Assembly (NCBI GenBank): GCA_036009105.1
Contig: DASYMJ010000109.1
Span: 1 to 53,565, forward strand
Reading direction: 5' to 3'
Source: Thermoanaerobaculia bacterium
Lineage (GTDB): Bacteria; Acidobacteriota; Thermoanaerobaculia; Gp7-AA8
DNA length: 53,565 bases
Below, piece after piece: positions 18,779 to 27,956 of the stretch. How positions within the stretch are numbered: the first letter of the stretch is position 1; each line of letters starts with the position of its first letter. Made by a program: the position numbers and the translations under genes. The notes beneath the pieces were generated by a model, which was not told the origin of the DNA, searched no databases, and worked only from the letters and a program-made list of their open reading frames with translations.

Positions 18779-19846
18779 ATGTTCATCGCCGCGCTGCTCC
18801 TGGCGGCCACGGCCGCCCCTCCTCCCTGCCGCACGCCGACGCTCGGCGCCGACCTGACCAACATCTCGGACAGCCTGCGCCGGACGCGGGAGATTCCGGA
18901 CTACGTCGCCGGCGCGCTGGTGCGCACGGCATGGGTGGGCGGGCCGGCCGGGCGGGGCGGGGTGAGGACCGGCGATGTGATCCAGGGCGTCGGCACGAAG
19001 CTGGTGCAGAACGTGTGCGACGTCCGCTCCGCCGTGGAGGGCCTCGGCTGCGGCGCCGCGCGGCTGGCCATCCGCCGCGGCAGCGAGACGCTCACGCTGG
19101 TGGTGCAGCTCGAGGACGCCTCGCGCTTCAAGCGCAAGAAGCCCGACGATCAGAAGGCCTGCCAGAACGGCGACGGCGCCGCTTGTACGGCGCTCGCCCG
19201 CGCCCACAACGACGCGCGCGATCTGCTCAAGCTCGGCTGCGACCTGGGCGACCACGAAGGCTGCTACCTCCTCGGCCTGGAGCTGGGCAACACGCAGTAC
19301 GGCGCCGCGGCGTACAAGGAGGCGTGCGACGGCGGCAACGCGCTGGCCTGCACGAACCTCGGCTGGATGTACGAGAACGGCACCGGCCTGCCGGTCGATC
19401 ACGAGGCCGCGCTGCGCCTCTACAAACGCGGCTGCGAGGGCAGCTCCTGCACCGGCCCGAACAACACCGGCTGCATCAACCTCGGCCGCATGTACCGCGA
19501 CGGCGCCGGCATCCCGGAGGACCGCCCCCGGGCCAACCGCATCTTCCGCGAGCTCTGCGACCGCCGCCCCCGCGAGGGCGACGAACAGGACGCGTCCAAC
19601 CTCTCCCGCGCCTGCTCCCTCGCCGGCACCGCCTATCTCCTCGGCACCGGCACGCCGCGCGACATCCCGCTCGCTCTCACCCTGCTCGAAAAAGGCTGCA
19701 CCGCCGGCGACACCTTCGGCTGCTACAACCTCGGCGTCACCTACGAGAACGGCGACGGCGTCCCTCAGGACAAGGCGCGCGCCATGGCGTACTACAAGCG
19801 CGCCTGCGAGCGGGGAGACCAGGAGGCGTGCGGGAGGGTGAAGTAG
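18779..19846 (+). CDS. Secreted PDZ plus Sel1-like (Cys-rich) repeat protein
   Basis: GPAGRGGVRTGDVIQGVG PDZ pattern; repeats such as ACTNLGWMYENGTG, GCINLGRMYRDGAG and GCYNLGVTYENGDGV. Confidence 0.85.
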   Translation: MFIAALLLAATAAPPPCRTPTLGADLTNISDSLRRTREIPDYVAGALVRTAWVGGPAGRGGVRTGDVIQGVGTKLVQNVCDVRSAVEGLGCGAARLAIRRGSETLTLVVQLEDASRFKRKKPDDQKACQNGDGAACTALARAHNDARDLLKLGCDLGDHEGCYLLGLELGNTQYGAAAYKEACDGGNALACTNLGWMYENGTGLPVDHEAALRLYKRGCEGSSCTGPNNTGCINLGRMYRDGAGIPEDRPRANRIFRELCDRRPREGDEQDASNLSRACSLAGTAYLLGTGTPRDIPLALTLLEKGCTAGDTFGCYNLGVTYENGDGVPQDKARAMAYYKRACERGDQEACGRVK

Positions 19847-19847
19847 G

Positions 19848-19914
19848 AGTTGTCGGTCGTCGGTTGTCCGTAGACCACGCTCTTACTGACAACCGATAAC
19901 TGACAACTGACAAC
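19848..19914. repeat. Heptamer-periodic inverted repeat, family A
   Basis: agttgtc ggtcgtc ggttgtc cgtag ... ttac tgacaac cgataac tgacaac tgacaac. Confidence 0.82.
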
Positions 19915-19963
19915 CCCCACCCAACCGGGAACTCCTCTTGCAGTCCCGACCGCTTCGGTGCCG

Positions 19964-21172
19964 ATGACCATCACCTGCGCCGACTGCGGGGAGACCCAAG
20001 TCATCCCCGATCTCCCGCCGCGCGGGCTGGCGGAGTGCCATCGCTGCGACCGCCTGCTGGTCCGGCGTACCACCACCGGCGTCGACCTCACGCTGGCCTG
20101 CGCCATCGCCATCATGCTCGTCCTCCCCCCCGCCGTCTTCATGCCGCTCATGGACTCCAGCATCAAGCGGCTCGTCTTCGATGAGAGCCGCCTCGTCTCC
20201 AGCGTGCCGGTCATCTACTCGGAGGTCTGGTTCCCGTTCGCGTTCGGGTTCCTCTTCTTCGCCTTCCTCTTTCCGGCCGTCCGCGCGGCGCTGCAGATCG
20301 TCGTCCTCGCCTCGCTGCGCCTGCGCTGGAAGATCCCCCAGCGGGGCCGCATCTTCCGCTGGAGTGAAGAGCTGCGCATCTGGAGCATGACGGACGTCGT
20401 GGTCATCGCCGGCGTCATCGCCTACTTCCGGGCCAACATCTCCGCCGACGTCGAGATCCGCATCGGCGCGTGGTGCTATGTCGCCGTCGCCGCGCTCTCC
20501 GTCATCAGCGAGCGCAGCCTCGACCGGCGCGCGGTGTGGAGCGCGATCCTGCCCGATCCCCCCGCCCTGCCGCATCGCCACGTCGCCTCGTGCGACGTCT
20601 GTGAAATGACCGTCATCTCGCGCCGACCGGGCGATACCTGTCCCCGCTGCGGCAGCCGCCTCGATCGCCGCATCGAGCCGCGGTTCGTCCCCGCGCTCGC
20701 GGCCGTCGCCGCGGCCATTCCGCTCTGCCTGCCCGCCTATACGGCGTCCATCATCGTGAACGACCAGCTCACCGGCGTGCTGGAGCACACCGTCTTCGGT
20801 ACCGTGCAGCTGCTCGCCGATCGCGGCTACTGGCAGATCGGCGTGGTGATGATCGTGGCGGGCGTGGTGATTCCGGTCATCGAGCTGGTCGGGCTGTTCT
20901 GGCTGCTGGCGCGCGTGCGCTTTCCGAGCCGCCGCGGCCTGGTGGTGCGGACGCGCGTGTACCGCGTGCTGCAGCGTCTCATCCGCTGGCCGATGGTCAT
21001 CCCGTTCGTCGCCGCCATCGCCGCCCCGATCGTCGACTTCCGCGGCATCGATGACATCTTCGCCGGGCCGGGCGCGACGCCGCTCTTCCTGGTCATCGCC
21101 CTGATCATGCTCGCCGTGCGCCTCTTCGAGCCGCGGCTGATGTGGAAGACCGCCGGAGAACTGACGACATGA
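19964..21172 (+). CDS. pqiA: Paraquat-inducible protein A (two PqiA domains)
   Basis: CADC/CHRC and CDVC/CPRC knuckles, WSMTDVVVIA motif, many TM helices; upstream of an MCE gene. Confidence 0.88.
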   Translation: MTITCADCGETQVIPDLPPRGLAECHRCDRLLVRRTTTGVDLTLACAIAIMLVLPPAVFMPLMDSSIKRLVFDESRLVSSVPVIYSEVWFPFAFGFLFFAFLFPAVRAALQIVVLASLRLRWKIPQRGRIFRWSEELRIWSMTDVVVIAGVIAYFRANISADVEIRIGAWCYVAVAALSVISERSLDRRAVWSAILPDPPALPHRHVASCDVCEMTVISRRPGDTCPRCGSRLDRRIEPRFVPALAAVAAAIPLCLPAYTASIIVNDQLTGVLEHTVFGTVQLLADRGYWQIGVVMIVAGVVIPVIELVGLFWLLARVRFPSRRGLVVRTRVYRVLQRLIRWPMVIPFVAAIAAPIVDFRGIDDIFAGPGATPLFLVIALIMLAVRLFEPRLMWKTAGELTT

Positions 21173-22932
21173 GCGAGTACGACCATCACCAGGAGGAGCG
21201 CCGCAAGGAAGAAGCGCCGGCCGAGGCGAAGGTGCATCTCGGCAAGTGGTCGCCCTGGGTGTGGATCGTCCCGGTGCTGGCCATCTTCCTGGCCGGCTGG
21301 CTGGTGGTGCGCTACGGCTTCGCCGGCGGCGGCGACATCACCGTCCGCTTCGCCGACGCGCGCGGCCTGGCGCGCTACAGCCCGGTGCGCTTCCGCGGGG
21401 CGAAGGTCGGCACCGTGCAGAAGATCACCATCGACGAGAACCTGCAGCAGGTCGTGGTCCGCATCTCGCTCGACGCCGCGATGAGTCATGCCCTGAACAA
21501 AGGCACCCGCTTCTGGATCGTCGAGCCGGGGCTGGAAGGCGGCGGGCTGGGCGGTCTCCTCTCCGGCACGTACGTCGGCATCGCGCCGGGACAGGGGGAG
21601 CAGACGAGCGAGTTCAAGGGGCAGGAGTACGCGCCGGTCCTCACTCCGCCCGAGGCGGGCAAGAACGTGATCCTCGAAGCGCACGGGCTCGGCTCGGTCT
21701 CGGTCGGCGCGCCCATCCAGTTCCAGGGCGTCCGCGTCGGCCAGATCCTGGGCGCCGAATTCGACGACCGGAGCGGCATCACCGCCATCCACGCCTTCAT
21801 CGTGCAGCGCTTCGCCGGCCACGTGCGGCAGGGCACCCGCTTCTGGCGGGCCGGAGGGCTGAACGTGTCGCTGGGCGGGGGCGGCGTCTCCGTGAACGGC
21901 GCCTCGCTCGGCTCGCTCCTCACCTCGCCGGTCGCGTTCTACACGCCGGAGATTCTGCCGGGCGAGGAAGTGGCGCAAGGAACGCACTTCGACCTCTACG
22001 ACTCGGAGGGAGCCGCCATCGCCGCCGCGGGTGGGCCGCACCTCACCTATGTCACCTATTTCCCCGGCCCGGTTCGCGGCCTCACGCCGGGGACTCCGGT
22101 GCAGATGAAAGGCATCCAGGTCGGCCACGTGCGGGAGGTGCGGCTGCGCTACCTCCCGGCCACCGCCTCGCTGGAGACGCCGGTGATGCTGGAGATCGAT
22201 CCGCGCAAGCTGGAGCTCGACCTGAGCGGGGCGACCACGCAGCAGGAAGTGCGCAACCGGATGAACGACGCCCTCGGCAAGCTGGTGCAGAAAGGGATGC
22301 GGGCCACGCTGGCCACCAGCCTCATCCTCCCCGGCTCGAGCGGCGTCTCGCTGGAGACCGTCGCCTCGCCGGGCAGCGGACGGCTGGTGGTCACCGCCGA
22401 TCCGCCCATCATCCCCGCTTCCTCCAGCGGCAACGGCCTGGAAGGCGCGCTGGGCGCCGTCAACGACATCGCCGGCCGCATCCGCAATCTACCCATCGAA
22501 GAGATCGCCGGCAATCTGCGCAGCACGTCGCAGCGGCTGAACACCCTGGTCAACGATCCGGCGCTCAGCGAAAGCCTGCAGCGGCTGAACCGTTCTCTGG
22601 CCGACGTGGAGAAGATCACGGCCACCACGCGGGAGAACATCGGCCCCATCGCCAGCAACCTGCGCAAGGCCTCGGGCGATGCGGCATCCGTCGCGGCGAC
22701 GGCGAAGCAGAACGTCGGCCCCATCGTGGAAAGCCTGCGCAATACGGCGGCGTCGGCCGAAGCGGCCGCCGCGCGGGCCGAGACGATCATGGGCAGCGCG
22801 CCCCGCCAGAATTACGACCTCGGCTCGCTGATCAAGGAGCTGACCCGCGCCGCGGAGTCGGTGCGCGGCCTGGCCTCGTACATCGAAGAGAACCCCGACG
22901 CGCTGCTGAAGGGGAGAGGAAAAGCGAAATGA
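21169..22932 (+). CDS. pqiB: PqiB/MlaD multi-MCE intermembrane transport protein
   Basis: WVWIVPVLA anchor, three MCE repeats (SPVRFRGAKVG, APIQFQGVRVG, TPVQMKGIQVG), helical C-terminus ending ENPDALLKG. Confidence 0.92.
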   Translation: MSEYDHHQEERRKEEAPAEAKVHLGKWSPWVWIVPVLAIFLAGWLVVRYGFAGGGDITVRFADARGLARYSPVRFRGAKVGTVQKITIDENLQQVVVRISLDAAMSHALNKGTRFWIVEPGLEGGGLGGLLSGTYVGIAPGQGEQTSEFKGQEYAPVLTPPEAGKNVILEAHGLGSVSVGAPIQFQGVRVGQILGAEFDDRSGITAIHAFIVQRFAGHVRQGTRFWRAGGLNVSLGGGGVSVNGASLGSLLTSPVAFYTPEILPGEEVAQGTHFDLYDSEGAAIAAAGGPHLTYVTYFPGPVRGLTPGTPVQMKGIQVGHVREVRLRYLPATASLETPVMLEIDPRKLELDLSGATTQQEVRNRMNDALGKLVQKGMRATLATSLILPGSSGVSLETVASPGSGRLVVTADPPIIPASSSGNGLEGALGAVNDIAGRIRNLPIEEIAGNLRSTSQRLNTLVNDPALSESLQRLNRSLADVEKITATTRENIGPIASNLRKASGDAASVAATAKQNVGPIVESLRNTAASAEAAAARAETIMGSAPRQNYDLGSLIKELTRAAESVRGLASYIEENPDALLKGRGKAK

Positions 22933-23501
22933 CCATGCGACGGCTGCTGCCCATCCTGCTGCTGGCGGGCTGCTCGTTCTTCTCCCGCTCGCAGAGCAAG
23001 TTCTACTCGCTCGACCGCATCCCGCCCGCCACGCCCGTCGCCCCGACGCGCGTGGTCGGCGTGCCGATCGCCATCGACGGCATCGAGCTCCCGCCCGGCG
23101 CCGACCGGCGGGAGGTGGTCGTCCGCCAGGCCGATCATCAGCTGCAGGTGCGGAGCGCGGAGCAGTGGACGGCATCGCTGCAGCCGCTGGTGCTGCACAC
23201 GCTCGCCTTCGATCTGGCCGCGCGTCTGCCGGAGGGAATGGTGATCCTGCCCGGCGCCGTGAGGCCGGCCGGCGCCGCGCGCTCGGTGGACGTGGTGCTG
23301 GAGGAGCTCGGCGCCGGCCCCACGAACGTGGTCGTGCTGGACGGCCGGTGGAGCGTGCACGAATCGGGACGGGCGAGCCAGACGCATCACGAGCGGATCA
23401 CGGTGGACGTCGCCTCGCTGGACAGCGTCAACGTCGCGACCGGCATGAGCCAGGCGCTGGGGATGCTGGCCGACCGGATGGCGGCGCAGTTGGCACGCTG
23501 A
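22929..23501 (+). CDS. pqiC: PqiC / ABC-type transport auxiliary lipoprotein
   Basis: Lipobox LAGC, KFYSL, DRREVVVR and EQWTASL; third gene of the pqi operon. Confidence 0.85.
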   Translation: MTMRRLLPILLLAGCSFFSRSQSKFYSLDRIPPATPVAPTRVVGVPIAIDGIELPPGADRREVVVRQADHQLQVRSAEQWTASLQPLVLHTLAFDLAARLPEGMVILPGAVRPAGAARSVDVVLEELGAGPTNVVVLDGRWSVHESGRASQTHHERITVDVASLDSVNVATGMSQALGMLADRMAAQLAR

Positions 23502-23517
23502 GGTTCCGGAACGGTCT

Positions 23518-24564
23518 CTAGCCGACGTTCGCGACTGGCTGCACTTCGGACGGGGGAGACTGGCGTCGTTCGACCAGTGCCAACTGCACGGTACGGGTTC
23601 GCGTTGCGGGTTGCGCGAGGGCCTCGCGTACTCCCCCGGCGATTCGCTCTATGACCGGAACCACCACCGAGTTGCCGAACTGCTTGTAGGCTTGAGTATC
23701 GGAAACAACGATCCGGTAGGAATCGGGGTAGCCCATCAGGCGTGCGCATTCGCGCGGCGTCAGCCTGCGGGGGTTTTTGCCCTGCTGCGGGATCAAAATC
23801 TCGGATCCGTCTTTGTAGTAGCGAGCACTCAGCGTGCGCGTCGTTCCGTCGAGGTCCGCCAGACCATATCCGAAGCCGTTACCCGCGGATTGATGCTTGC
23901 GGGCGTAATCCTGCAGGTATTGCCAGAGCTTGTCACTGAGCGTGTATTTAGGGTCGACATTCGGTTGGAGCAGGTCTCGCAACTTTGGCCGCTGACCGGC
24001 TCTCGCCAGTTCCGGCCAGCGAAAATCGCGCGGCTCGCGGAAACCTACGATGAAGATCCGCTCCCGGTGTTGCGGGACGACGTCTCTCGCATCGACGATT
24101 CGGGAATGAACGTCGTACCCGAGCTCCTCGGTTAGAACGCGAAGGATGACATCGAAGGTCCGGCCATGGTCGTGCGTGAGGAGATTTCGAACGTTCTCTA
24201 GAATGAAAGCGCGCGGTCGATGGGCAGCGAGAATGCGCGCGATTTCGAAAAAGAGTGTTCCCTGGGTGCGGTCGGCGAACCCGTGTGGACGGCCGAGACT
24301 GTTTTTCTTCGACACGCCGGAAATAGAAAACGGCTGGCAGGGGAAGCCCGCGGTGAGAATGTCATGTTCCGGGATGTCTTTCTCGCCGACAGCCCGGATG
24401 TCTCCGGCGGGTTCGTCACCGAAGTTAGCCGCATAGGTCATGCGCGCGAAGCGGTCCCAGTCGGAAGAGAAAACACAGCTCGCACCCAGATGTTCGAGGG
24501 CGAGACGGAAGCCTCCGATCCCGGCGAATAGATCGATGAATCGGCAGGACTTGGAGGCGGTCAT
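23518..24564 (-). CDS. dcm: C5-cytosine DNA methyltransferase, Dcm/M.EcoRII-like
   Basis: FIDLFAGIGG, GFPCQPFS, ILENV, QHRERIFIVG, TLSARYYKDGSEILI, RRLTPRECARLMG and KQFGNSV. Confidence 0.93.
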   Translation of the reverse strand: MTASKSCRFIDLFAGIGGFRLALEHLGASCVFSSDWDRFARMTYAANFGDEPAGDIRAVGEKDIPEHDILTAGFPCQPFSISGVSKKNSLGRPHGFADRTQGTLFFEIARILAAHRPRAFILENVRNLLTHDHGRTFDVILRVLTEELGYDVHSRIVDARDVVPQHRERIFIVGFREPRDFRWPELARAGQRPKLRDLLQPNVDPKYTLSDKLWQYLQDYARKHQSAGNGFGYGLADLDGTTRTLSARYYKDGSEILIPQQGKNPRRLTPRECARLMGYPDSYRIVVSDTQAYKQFGNSVVVPVIERIAGGVREALAQPATRTRTVQLALVERRQSPPSEVQPVANVG

Positions 24565-24653
24565 CTGAAAAACAGAATACCTCGGCAGAGCGCGAATTCC
24601 GAGGCTTGTTTTCTTTCTCGCAGAAACTCCACGCCACGTAGAATCCTGAGGCC

Positions 24654-25070
24654 GTGGTCGACGTCCTTTCTCCAGCCCAGCGAAGGAAAAACATGCAGCG
24701 GATCCGGTCGAAGGATACGAAGCCGGAAATGCGCGTCCGCCGTCTCATCCATGCGCTCGGTTACCGCTATCGTCTGCACGGACGCGACCTGCCGGGAAAG
24801 CCTGATCTCGTGTTCCGAAGCCGCCGGAAGGTGATCTTCGTCCACGGTTGCTACTGGCATGTTCACGACTGCCGATTGGGCCGGGTTGCGCCAGTAACGA
24901 ATGCCGAATTCTGGCGAGTGAAGCGGCAGGGCAATGTGCTCCGCGACAAGATCAACATGGCGCGTCTTCGCAGCGACGGATGGCAGGCGCTGGTGCTTTG
25001 GCAATGTGAGACTTCCGATTCGGAACGCCTCGTAGCTCGGATTCACCGATTTCTCGGGAGTGACCGATGA
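24654..25070 (+). CDS. vsr: Very short patch repair endonuclease
   Basis: DVLSPAQRRKNMQRIRSKDTKPE, LPGKPD, FVHGCYWH and WQCET. Confidence 0.95.
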   Translation: MVDVLSPAQRRKNMQRIRSKDTKPEMRVRRLIHALGYRYRLHGRDLPGKPDLVFRSRRKVIFVHGCYWHVHDCRLGRVAPVTNAEFWRVKRQGNVLRDKINMARLRSDGWQALVLWQCETSDSERLVARIHRFLGSDR

Positions 25071-26290
25071 CGTTATCTCTGGCCTCGGTCTTTGCTGCGA
25101 TTGCTGCAAAACGACTGGCTCTGGTCGATCTTCCGAAACACGGCTCGAATCAGCATGAGCTGAACGGATCGGCTCGGCTGCGGGAGTTCTTCAGCGAAGA
25201 AATGGTCAGCGGTGATCTGCAATGGCATTACTTCGCAGAAGGCGACGAGCCGGCACATGCCGCCGGCACGTTTACGTTCTACGACTCGCGGTTGAAAAGC
25301 GCTGACCGGACCGGACGCTCCGAGTGGCGGATGTATTACACCGGCGACTTCCTGGCGCGTGCGGCTCCAGGCGATTTGTTGATCCTCGCTCGCACGCGGT
25401 CGGAAGACATTCATGCGCTCGTCTTCGAGGGCGGCTCGAGCTGGATGCGCTCCGCCCAAGTCCTTTTTGAAGTGGATAGTGATCAGCGCCGCTTCGAGGT
25501 GATCGGCGAAAACGAACTGGATCGTCACACCGTCGAATTCGTCTCGGCACAGATCATCGACGAGCTCCAGCTCGATATCGAGCTGCCCCAGGCCGTCGAC
25601 GTCGAGGCACTTGCCGAACGGGAGCTTCGACGCGCTCGAGCTGAGGGGCTTGCCTTCCCCTCGGCGGCGAGAATGGCGGTCGTCGCGAGGGAGACCGTGA
25701 TGACGGATCTGACCGACGCGGACAGTACGCTGCTGCGGTGGCTCGAAACCGAGGAGCAGGTTTTTCGCGCTGTTGAACGTCTCGTCGTGGAGGTCAAGCT
25801 GCAGAGCGGGTTCGCCGGTGTCGACGACTTCATCAAGTATTCGCTGTCAGTACAAAACCGGCGCAAATCGCGAATGGGGCTGGCGCTGCAAAACCATCTC
25901 GCGGAGATCTTTCGGCTAAAAGGGCTTCGGTTCGACGCGCAGGCGTTCACCGAAAACCGCAAACGTCCTGACTTTTTGTTTCCCGGAACGGCGTCCTACC
26001 ACGATCCGACGTTCGATCCCGCGAGGCTCACGATGCTCGCCGCCAAGTCGTCATGCAAAGAGAGATGGACACAAGTCCTGACGGAAGCAACTCGGATCCC
26101 GACCAAACATCTGTGTACGCTCGAGACGTCCATCTCTCACTTCCAGATGGAGGAGATGCGTCGACAAGGTGTTCTTCTGGTGATTCCTGCCCCTCTTCAC
26201 GCCACCTACACGTCGTCGCAACTGAAGAACACGCATACGCTGCACAGTTTCATCGAGTTCGTTCGCGGCATCGAGAGCCTCACTCGATGA
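25067..26290 (+). CDS. Type II restriction endonuclease, EcoRII-like
   Basis: C-terminal NRRKSRMG, KRPDFLFPG and AKSSCKERWTQVLTEA resemble the EcoRII catalytic domain; N-terminal KRL...SNQHE...YDSR resembles an effector domain. Linked to dcm and vsr. Confidence 0.85.
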   Translation: MTLSLASVFAAIAAKRLALVDLPKHGSNQHELNGSARLREFFSEEMVSGDLQWHYFAEGDEPAHAAGTFTFYDSRLKSADRTGRSEWRMYYTGDFLARAAPGDLLILARTRSEDIHALVFEGGSSWMRSAQVLFEVDSDQRRFEVIGENELDRHTVEFVSAQIIDELQLDIELPQAVDVEALAERELRRARAEGLAFPSAARMAVVARETVMTDLTDADSTLLRWLETEEQVFRAVERLVVEVKLQSGFAGVDDFIKYSLSVQNRRKSRMGLALQNHLAEIFRLKGLRFDAQAFTENRKRPDFLFPGTASYHDPTFDPARLTMLAAKSSCKERWTQVLTEATRIPTKHLCTLETSISHFQMEEMRRQGVLLVIPAPLHATYTSSQLKNTHTLHSFIEFVRGIESLTR

Positions 26291-26309
26291 TAGACAATGC
26301 GTCGCACTC

Positions 26310-27164
26310 ATGCCGCCCACCGTCCACCTCATCGACGCCAGCCCGTATCTCTTCCGCGCGTTCTTCTCCGTGCCGCGCTCGGTGGCCGATGGGAAGGGGC
26401 GTCCCATCAATGCGGTCTACGGGTTCAGCGGCTTCCTCACCAAGTACCTGGCGGACCAGCGGCCGACGCACATCGCGGTCACGTTCGACCGGCACTTCAA
26501 CGGGAGCTTCCGCAACGAGTTCTACCCGCCCTACAAGGCGCATCGCGAGGCCTCGCCGCCGGAGCTCGACCGGCAGGTCGATCCGTGCGTGGCGCTGGCC
26601 GAGGCGCTGGGGATGGCCACGTTCATCGACGAGCGGTATGAGGCGGATGACCTCATCGCCACGATCATCCGGCAGACGGAAGCGAGCGGCGCGCACTTCG
26701 TGATCGTGACCACGGACAAGGACCTCGCGCAGCTCGTGTCCGAGACGGTGACGCTCGTCGATCCCGGCCGGGGGCTGCGCTTCGATGCGGCCGGCGTGGA
26801 GGCCAAGTTCGGCGTCCGCCCCGACCAGATCACCGACTACCTCGGCCTGGCCGGCGATGCCGTCGACAACATCCCCGGCGTGCGCGGCATCGGCCCCAAG
26901 ACCGCGGCGCAGCTGCTCAAGCGGCACGGCACGCTGGAGGGGGTGTTCGAGCACCGCGCGGCGAGCATCACCTCCGCCGCGCGCATCGATCCGGCGCTGG
27001 TGGCGAAGCTGAAGGAGGATGCGGCGATCGCCGGCCTCTCCAAGCGGCTGGCCACGGTCGCGGACGACGCGCCGATCGAAGTCACGGTCGACGCGCTGCG
27101 CTACCGCGGCCCCGAGGACGCTCGCGCGGCCAGCCGCGATTACCTGGCCACGTTGAAGAAGTAG
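26310..27164 (+). CDS. Stand-alone 5'-3' exonuclease / flap endonuclease (PolI N-terminal-like)
   Basis: LIDASPYLFRAFF, NAVYGF, FRNEFYPPYKAHR, YEADDLIAT, TTDKDLAQL and LAGDAVDNIPGVRGIGPKTA (H3TH). Confidence 0.92.
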   Translation: MPPTVHLIDASPYLFRAFFSVPRSVADGKGRPINAVYGFSGFLTKYLADQRPTHIAVTFDRHFNGSFRNEFYPPYKAHREASPPELDRQVDPCVALAEALGMATFIDERYEADDLIATIIRQTEASGAHFVIVTTDKDLAQLVSETVTLVDPGRGLRFDAAGVEAKFGVRPDQITDYLGLAGDAVDNIPGVRGIGPKTAAQLLKRHGTLEGVFEHRAASITSAARIDPALVAKLKEDAAIAGLSKRLATVADDAPIEVTVDALRYRGPEDARAASRDYLATLKK

Positions 27165-27233
27165 CGAAGCCGGCGAGCGGCGCGCCAAAATGCGCGCCGC
27201 GGCCTCTCTCGCCGCGGCGCGCGCCCGACAGCC

Positions 27234-27845
27234 CTACTTCAACTTCCCGCGGATGTCTTTGGCCATCTTCAGGTGGCCTTCGATCACCGGGAGGGTCGTA
27301 TCGACCCACTGTTTGAGGTCGGGATCGGTGACTTTGGATTGCGCCTCTTTGAACTCGCTGACGTCCTTCTCGTGGTCCTTGACCATCGCGTCCATGTACG
27401 CCTTGTCGAAGGCGCCGCCGGTCTTTTTGGCCAGGTCGTCCGCCGTCTTCTTGTGCTCCTCGGCCAGCTCGGCGGGGAGGGCGATGCCCTTGTTGGTGGC
27501 CCACGTCTTGAGCTGATCGTTGGCCTTGCCGTGGTCGGTGACCATCTGATTGCCGAAGTTCTTCACGTCCGCGTTGGTCGCCCGCTGCGCGGCGGTGCCG
27601 CCCAGGGTCACCTCGGCCATGCCGCCTTGCGCGGCCTTCATGGCGAACGTCTTTTCGTCGTCGGTGAGAGGGCTGACCGAGCCGCTGGAGGTGGCGGCGG
27701 AGGACGTGGTCGAGGTGGTGGTGGAGGTGTCGGTCATCGACACGCTGGTCATGGTGGTGTCCGTCGTATCGGCGGAGGTGTTCGTCTCCTTGTGGCAGGC
27801 GACGAGCGCGAACACGCAGAGCGCCAGGATGCAAAGTCTCTTCAT
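27234..27845 (-). CDS. DUF4142 domain lipoprotein
   Basis: Lipobox LVAC, Thr/Ser linker, FAMKAAQGGMAEV, FGNQMVTDH, FDKAYMDAMVKDH and TLPVIEGHL. Confidence 0.88.
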   Translation of the reverse strand: MKRLCILALCVFALVACHKETNTSADTTDTTMTSVSMTDTSTTTSTTSSAATSSGSVSPLTDDEKTFAMKAAQGGMAEVTLGGTAAQRATNADVKNFGNQMVTDHGKANDQLKTWATNKGIALPAELAEEHKKTADDLAKKTGGAFDKAYMDAMVKDHEKDVSEFKEAQSKVTDPDLKQWVDTTLPVIEGHLKMAKDIRGKLK

Positions 27846-27956
27846 ATTGCTCAGGCTCCTTTCCAGCGTGTTCGCTGCATGAAGTGGTCCAGAGCATGGT
27901 GATGGACTTACGTCCGCTGCAAACGGCAATGCGCCTTATCATCCGCCGCGGTTCCG

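Noticed and set aside
23502-26300. RM block as an IS, integron or prophage element
   Set aside because: No transposase, integrase, att-like or target-site direct repeats were found at its edges.
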